A stretch of DNA of 32,000 nucleotides, from assembly GCF_000829155.1 (NCBI RefSeq), contig NZ_AP013293.1, forward strand, positions 60,001-92,000. Reading direction: 5' to 3'. Below the pieces are notes generated by a model. That model had not been told where the DNA came from, did no database searches, and worked only from the letters and a program-made list of their open reading frames with translations. This DNA comes from Candidatus Karelsulcia muelleri PSPU. Lineage in GTDB: Bacteria > Bacteroidota > Bacteroidia > Flavobacteriales > Blattabacteriaceae. The position numbers were made by a program, and so were the translations under genes. Shown here piece by piece: positions 26,251 to 32,000 of this stretch. Each line of letters opens with the position of its first letter. The first letter of the stretch is position 1.

Positions 26251-27570
26251 ATGAAAAAAAAAAAAAATTTTTTTTATATAACTATAATGTTTTCTTGTCT
26301 TATTTTTTTCAAAAATGGTAATACTCAATCTAATAAAGATTTAGAAAACGGAAAAAACTTATTTAAAATAAATTGTACAGCCTGTCATGCTTTAGATTTA
26401 AAAAAAAAATTAATTGGTCCTCCATTATATGGAATAAATGAAAAAAGAAACAAAGAATGGCTTCATAAATGGATAAAAAATAATAAAGAATTAATAAATT
26501 CTGGAGATAAAGAAGCTGTTGAAATATATAAAAAATATAATAAATCTGATATGACATTATTTCCTAAATTATCTACAAAAAATATAGATGATATATTATA
26601 TTTTATAAAAAATTATAATAAAAATATTATAAATAAAAATAATTTTAAAAAAAAAAACTATAGTTTTTTTAATCATTTTAACGATCCTTTTATTAAAATA
26701 ATTTTTTTGGGAATATTTCTTATAAGTTTAATTTTAATTAATTTTATATATAAATTAATTTATTTATTAAAAATAATAAAATATCCTTCTATTGAAGAAT
26801 TCATTTCTAAAAAAAAATATACTTTTATTGAAGATTCTTTTTATAAGAAAAAAATTATATTATTTTTCATAAAAAAAATATTAAAATTAAAAGAAATAAT
26901 AATTTTTATTCAAATTTTTTTTTCTTTTTTTGTTATATGGATTATATGGTTTTTTTTAATGAAAATAGATGTAAATAAAGGATATAAACCTAATCAACCT
27001 ATATTTTTTTCACATAAAATTCATTCTGGTATTAATAAAATACATTGTCAATATTGTCATTATAGTTCTTTATATAGTAAAATATCTGGTATTCCATCAT
27101 TAAATGTATGTATGAATTGTCATATATCAATTAATAGTTATAATGGAGATTATCTGTTAAAAAAAAAACAATTTATTGATAATGAAATAAAAAAGATATA
27201 TAAATATTTAGGATGGAATGAAGAAAAAATAAATTTTTATGAAAATAAATCTAATATAAAATGGATAAGAATCCATAATCTCCCGAAATTTGTTAATTTT
27301 AATCATTCTCAACACATTATTGTGGCTGGAAAAGAAATTAAAAAATCAAAAAATGTAGATTTAATATGTGAAGCTTGTCATGGATATGTTCAAAATATGG
27401 ATAAAGTTTTAATGTTTAATGATTTTACTATGGAATGGTGTATAAAATGTCATGTTAATACAAATATAAATTATAATAATAATTATTATTTAAATTATTA
27501 TAATCAAAATTATTTAAATAAAAAAATAAGTTCTTTAGGTGGAATAGAATGTGGAAAATGTCATTATTAA
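26251..27570 (+). CDS. actA: Alternative complex III subunit ActA-like multihaem c-type cytochrome (six CxxCH motifs)
   Basis: CxxCH motifs: CTACH (N-terminal class I-like domain), CQYCH, CMNCH, CEACH, CIKCH, CGKCH. N-terminal signal/anchor plus two hydrophobic helices mid-protein. Sits directly upstream of actB and actC. Confidence 0.85.
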   Translation: MKKKKNFFYITIMFSCLIFFKNGNTQSNKDLENGKNLFKINCTACHALDLKKKLIGPPLYGINEKRNKEWLHKWIKNNKELINSGDKEAVEIYKKYNKSDMTLFPKLSTKNIDDILYFIKNYNKNIINKNNFKKKNYSFFNHFNDPFIKIIFLGIFLISLILINFIYKLIYLLKIIKYPSIEEFISKKKYTFIEDSFYKKKIILFFIKKILKLKEIIIFIQIFFSFFVIWIIWFFLMKIDVNKGYKPNQPIFFSHKIHSGINKIHCQYCHYSSLYSKISGIPSLNVCMNCHISINSYNGDYLLKKKQFIDNEIKKIYKYLGWNEEKINFYENKSNIKWIRIHNLPKFVNFNHSQHIIVAGKEIKKSKNVDLICEACHGYVQNMDKVLMFNDFTMEWCIKCHVNTNINYNNNYYLNYYNQNYLNKKISSLGGIECGKCHY

Positions 27571-27578
27571 AAGAATAA

Positions 27579-27604
27579 TATATTATATTATATAATATAA
27601 TATA
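27579..27604. repeat. Perfect 26-bp A/T-only palindrome within a TATAA/TATAT microsatellite, in the actA-actB spacer
   Basis: tatattatattat|ataatataatata has 13-bp arms, checked base by base around the 27591/27592 centre. Flanked by (TATAA)3-TAA-TATAA-TAA-TATA up to the actB ATG. Confidence 0.9.
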
Positions 27605-27625
27605 ATAATATAATAATATAAATTT

Positions 27626-30574
27626 ATGAAAACAACACGTAGAGATTTTCTAAAAATTTTAGGTTTTACAACATTATATGTTACTTTAGCGGCTTGTAAA
27701 GGTCCTGTAATAGAATCTATTCCATATATTATAAAACCAGAATATATAACTCCTGGTATTAATAATTATTATGCTTCTACTATGTTTGATGGATTTGATT
27801 TTGGAAATGTAATTGTAAAAACAATAGAAGGAAGACCTATAAAAATAGAGTCTAATAAAGACTCAAAATATTTTAATACTGTCTCATCTAGAATTCAAAG
27901 TTCTATTTTATCACTTTATGATAATGAAAGATTAAAATATCCTTCAATAAATAAAAAAAAAGTTTCTTGGGCCAAATTAGATAATATTATAATAAAAAAA
28001 TTAAATACTATATCTAATTCAAATAAAAAAATTGTTATTTTAACCTCTTCTTTACCTAGCCCATCTACTAAACAATTAATTTCTGATTTCACAAAAGTTT
28101 ATAAAAATACTCATCATATTATATATGATGCTATATCATATTCATCAACTTTAAATGCAGTAAACAAAGTCTTAGGAAAAAGAGCTATTCCATATTATGA
28201 TATTTCTAATATTGAATTATTAATATCTTTTGATGCAGATTTTTTAGGAGATTGGAGTCCTCAAAATTTTCATAAAATTTATAGTAAAAGGAAAAAACCC
28301 AATTTATCTATGATAAATCATATTCATTTAGAAAGTCATATGAGTTTATCAGGAGCAAATGCAGATTTAAGAATTACAATAAATCCATCTAAAATTTATA
28401 ATTTACTAATTGAATTATATAAAGCTATGAAGAATAATTCTAATAATAAATTAGCAATTTCATTAGCTAAAAGAATTTTTAAAAAAGGAAAAAAAGTTCT
28501 TATTATTGCTGATGGTAATAAAGAAATGTATGAAATATCATTATTAATAAATAAAAAAATTAAAAGTAATGCATTAAAAAATGAAAAATTTATTTTTTTA
28601 AAAGAAAGTAATGATAAAATTGTTTTAAATTTAATTAATGATTTAAGTAAAGAAAAAATTGGAGCATTATTAGTATTTAATACTAATCCTGTATATCATT
28701 TTTTTGATAAAAAAATTAAATCATATATAAAAAAAATTCCTTTAACTATTTCATTTGCAATGAAAGAAGATGAAACATCAGATTTTATTAAAATCTGGGC
28801 TCCTGTTCCTCATTGGCTTGAATCTTGGGGTGATTATAAACCCTTAACAGAAATGTATTCATTAAGACAACCTATTATTAAAAAAATTTTTAATAATCGA
28901 CAATTTGAAAATTCTTTATTAGAATGGATAAAAAAAAATCCAAAACATATTAAAATTAAAAATCTTTTTTTAAATTTAATTAAAAAAAAATCAAAAAAAA
29001 ATATTAATTATTATGATTATTTAAAATTTTTTTTCAAAAACAAAATAATTAATAAATTAAATGTAAATTCTTTTAAAAAAGCCTTATTTTATGGAAGTTT
29101 AAAAATTAGAGAGAAAAAAAAACAAAACAAAAAATTCCAAAAATTTAAATTTGCTTTTAAAGCAACAAAAAATAATAAATTTGAACTTAGATTATATACT
29201 AAAATAAGTATGGGAGATGGAAGACAATATGATAATCCTTGGTTACAAGAATTACCAGACCCTATAACTAGGACAACATGGGAAAATTATTTAACTATGT
29301 CTTTTATAGATGCAAAAAATTTAGGTATAAAAAATTGGAATATAGGAAATGGAGCAATGAATGGAAATTGTGTAAATTTATTTTTTAATGATATAATTAT
29401 AAAAAATATTCCTGTTTATATTCAACCAGGTCAATCTGTAGGATCTTTAAGTTTATCTTTTGGATATGGAAGAAAAAAAGGAAAAGTAGCTAAACAAAGT
29501 AGAGGAGTTAATGCTTATGCATTATATAAAAATTTTAATCTTATTCAAGAAAATATTTTTTTAAAAAAAAGTGAAAAAATATATAAATTTTCCTGTTTTC
29601 AATTACAAAATACTACAGTAGGTAGAAATCTTATTGCTAAAGAAACAAATCTTAACACATATTTAAATGTGAATAAAAATTTTTGGAATAAAGAAGATAT
29701 TATTGAAAATAAAAATATAAATAGTAATAAAATTACTATGTGGAAAAATTTTAAAGAAAAAAATGGTCATCATTTTAATATTTCAATTGATTTAAATAAA
29801 TGTACAGGATGTACATCTTGTGTTATTGCTTGTAATTCAGAAAATAATATTCCTGTTGTAGGAAAAGAAGAAATACGTAATTTTCGTGATATGCATTGGT
29901 TACGTATAGATAGATATTATTCGACTAATACTAATTATTTAAAAAAAAAATATAAAACAAATCCTTTATATGAACCTGTTTTATATAAATCTCTTTTAAG
30001 ACCAGAAAATAAAAATCCTAAAATAATTTTTCAACCAATAATGTGTCAACATTGTAATAATGCTCCTTGTGAAACTGTCTGTCCTGTAGGAGCTACTTCA
30101 CATGGAAAACAAGGACAAAATATGATGGCTTATAATCGTTGTATTGGAACACGTTATTGTGCCAATAATTGTCCATATAAAGTACGTCGTTTTAATTGGT
30201 TTAATTATTATAATAATAATAAATTTCCTTTTAATTTAACTTCTAATTTAAGTAGAATGGTTTTAAACCCTAATGTAGTTATAAGAAGTAGAGGTGTTAT
30301 GGAAAAATGTTCAATGTGTATACAAATGACACAATCAGTAATTTTAAAGGCAAAAAAAGAAGAAAGAAAAATTCAAAATAATGAATTTCAAACTGCATGT
30401 TCTAAAGTATGTCCTACTAATGCGATTAGTTTTGGAGATATAAACAATAAAAATTCAAAAATTTTTAAAAAACAATTAGAAAATAGAAGTTATAAATTAT
30501 TAGATTTTTTAGGAGTTAAACCTAATGTTTTTTATCAAGTAAAAATTAGAAATTTAAAAAAAAATAAGGTATAA
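27626..30574 (+). CDS. actB: Alternative complex III subunit ActB (molybdopterin-oxidoreductase-like domain fused to a 4Fe-4S ferredoxin domain, Tat signal)
   Basis: MKTTRRDFLK twin-arginine motif. Fe-S motifs CTGCTSCVIACNSEN, CQHCNNAPCETVCPVGA, CIGTRYCANNCPYKVRRFN and CSMC...CSKVCPTNAISFG. 982 aa. Confidence 0.92.
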   Translation: MKTTRRDFLKILGFTTLYVTLAACKGPVIESIPYIIKPEYITPGINNYYASTMFDGFDFGNVIVKTIEGRPIKIESNKDSKYFNTVSSRIQSSILSLYDNERLKYPSINKKKVSWAKLDNIIIKKLNTISNSNKKIVILTSSLPSPSTKQLISDFTKVYKNTHHIIYDAISYSSTLNAVNKVLGKRAIPYYDISNIELLISFDADFLGDWSPQNFHKIYSKRKKPNLSMINHIHLESHMSLSGANADLRITINPSKIYNLLIELYKAMKNNSNNKLAISLAKRIFKKGKKVLIIADGNKEMYEISLLINKKIKSNALKNEKFIFLKESNDKIVLNLINDLSKEKIGALLVFNTNPVYHFFDKKIKSYIKKIPLTISFAMKEDETSDFIKIWAPVPHWLESWGDYKPLTEMYSLRQPIIKKIFNNRQFENSLLEWIKKNPKHIKIKNLFLNLIKKKSKKNINYYDYLKFFFKNKIINKLNVNSFKKALFYGSLKIREKKKQNKKFQKFKFAFKATKNNKFELRLYTKISMGDGRQYDNPWLQELPDPITRTTWENYLTMSFIDAKNLGIKNWNIGNGAMNGNCVNLFFNDIIIKNIPVYIQPGQSVGSLSLSFGYGRKKGKVAKQSRGVNAYALYKNFNLIQENIFLKKSEKIYKFSCFQLQNTTVGRNLIAKETNLNTYLNVNKNFWNKEDIIENKNINSNKITMWKNFKEKNGHHFNISIDLNKCTGCTSCVIACNSENNIPVVGKEEIRNFRDMHWLRIDRYYSTNTNYLKKKYKTNPLYEPVLYKSLLRPENKNPKIIFQPIMCQHCNNAPCETVCPVGATSHGKQGQNMMAYNRCIGTRYCANNCPYKVRRFNWFNYYNNNKFPFNLTSNLSRMVLNPNVVIRSRGVMEKCSMCIQMTQSVILKAKKEERKIQNNEFQTACSKVCPTNAISFGDINNKNSKIFKKQLENRSYKLLDFLGVKPNVFYQVKIRNLKKNKV

Positions 30575-30580
30575 CCTTTT

Positions 30581-31945
30581 ATGGTAGAAACATCTAATTT
30601 TTTAAAAAGAGAATCTATTATTTTAGGTAAAAAAACCTATTCTGATATTAGTAATAATACTATAAAACCTATAGAAACAAAAGCTAATAAATTATGGTGG
30701 ATAACATTTATATGTTCTTTAATAGCTTTTATATGGGGTTTAATTTGTATAGCTTATACTATTGGTACAGGTATAGGTGTTTGGGGTTTAAATAAAACTA
30801 TAAATTGGGCCTGGGATATAACTAATTTTGTTTGGTGGGTTGGAATTGGTCATGCTGGAACTTTAATATCTGCTGTTTTATTTTTATTTAGACAAAAATG
30901 GCGTTTATCTATAAATAGATCAGCCGAAGCTATGACTATATTTGCCATAATACAAGCTGCTATATTTCCAATAATTCATATGGGGCGTCCCTGGAACGCC
31001 TATTGGGTCTTACCTATTCCTAATCAATTTGGTACATTATGGCCAAATTTTAATTCGCCATTATTATGGGATGTATTTGCTATTAGTACATATTTTTCTG
31101 TTTCTACCGTATTTTGGTTTATAGGATTAATACCAGATTTTGCAATGATCCGTGATAAGACAAAAGATAAATTTAAAAAAAAAATATATAATATTTTAAG
31201 TTTTGGATGGAGTGGAAATTTAAAACAATGGCAATACTTTGAAAAAGTATCTTTAATATTAGCAGGTATTTGTACTCCTTTAGTTTTTTCTGTACATACA
31301 ATAGTTTCTTTTGATTTTGCTACTTCTATTATTAAAGGTTGGCATAGTACAATATTTCCACCATATTTTGTTGCTGGTGCAATTTTTTCAGGTTTTGCAA
31401 TGGTTCAACTATTATTAGGTCTAATTAGAAAAATTTTAAAATTAGAAGATTATATAACAAAAAAACATATAGAATGTATAAATTTAATTATATTAGTTAC
31501 TGGAGGAATTGTTTCTCTAGCATATATAACCGAATATATATTAGCTTGGTATTCAAATAATAAATTTGAAGATTTTATATATTTTTCTTCAAATGCTGCA
31601 ATAGGACCATTTTGGTGGGCTTTTTGGGCTCTTATTATATGTAATATGATTATTCCCCAATTTTTATGGTTTAAATATATAAGAACTAATTTTTTTTTAT
31701 CTTATATAATATCTATATTTATAAATATAGGAATGTGGTTTGAACGTTTTGATATAATTGTATTAAATCTGAGTCATGATTATCTTCCTTCATCTTGGAC
31801 TGGTTTTTTACCATCTTTTGTAGATATAGGAATTTTTATAGGAACTAATGGCTTTTTTTTATTATTATATCTTTTATATGCACGTACTTTTCCTGTGATT
31901 TCACAATCAGAATTAAAAACAATATTAAAAAAAGAAAATAAATAA
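30581..31945 (+). CDS. actC: Alternative complex III subunit ActC (NrfD/PsrC-type quinol-interacting membrane subunit)
   Basis: 454 aa polytopic membrane protein with WGLNKTINWAWDITNFVWWVGIGHAGTLISA and MGRPW, typical of the NrfD/PsrC family. Follows actB by 6 nt. Confidence 0.9.
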   Translation: MVETSNFLKRESIILGKKTYSDISNNTIKPIETKANKLWWITFICSLIAFIWGLICIAYTIGTGIGVWGLNKTINWAWDITNFVWWVGIGHAGTLISAVLFLFRQKWRLSINRSAEAMTIFAIIQAAIFPIIHMGRPWNAYWVLPIPNQFGTLWPNFNSPLLWDVFAISTYFSVSTVFWFIGLIPDFAMIRDKTKDKFKKKIYNILSFGWSGNLKQWQYFEKVSLILAGICTPLVFSVHTIVSFDFATSIIKGWHSTIFPPYFVAGAIFSGFAMVQLLLGLIRKILKLEDYITKKHIECINLIILVTGGIVSLAYITEYILAWYSNNKFEDFIYFSSNAAIGPFWWAFWALIICNMIIPQFLWFKYIRTNFFLSYIISIFINIGMWFERFDIIVLNLSHDYLPSSWTGFLPSFVDIGIFIGTNGFFLLLYLLYARTFPVISQSELKTILKKENK

Positions 31946-32000
31946 TGAAAGAAAAAAAAAATATATGCATTCATGATCTTATGATTATAAAATAATGAAA

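Overview
This window looks like core-genome sequence from an extremely AT-rich, highly reduced Bacteroidota (Flavobacteriales-type) insect endosymbiont. G+C is roughly 15-20% by eye (not computed). The lineage call rests on four things: an rpmB-rpmG-DUF4295 triad, a split transketolase, an alternative complex III (ACIII) operon, and no Shine-Dalgarno-like motifs upstream of the starts I inspected (tuf, rpoB, actA, actB). I cannot name the species.

Gene content is housekeeping and tightly packed:
- + strand: tyrS (5' end cut by the window edge), leuS, gdh, tkt-N, tkt-C, tRNA-Phe, an RsuA/RluB-type pseudouridine synthase, korB, serS, rpmB, rpmG, a DUF4295 small protein, and truA.
- - strand: era, tRNA-His and rluD.
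- - strand, the classical block: tRNA-Thr/Tyr/Gly/Thr, tuf, tRNA-Trp, secE, nusG, rplK, rplA, rplJ, rplL, rpoB, rpoC.
- + strand, diverging from that block: the first three ACIII genes (actA, actB, actC), running off the window end.

I added three genes missing or truncated in the ORF track (secE, DUF4295, full-length rluD), corrected the tuf start, and mapped 7 tRNAs by hand.

I found no mobile elements, CRISPR, defence or toxin systems, and no convincing novel multi-gene system. The points worth a second look are smaller:
- a degenerate LeuRS editing site
- an rluD with no canonical start codon, plus three forced TTG starts
- an animal-type GDH with an antenna-like insertion
- korB without an adjacent korA
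- poly(A) tracts of 12-17 nt inside essential genes
- AT-only repeats and palindromes in the few spacers
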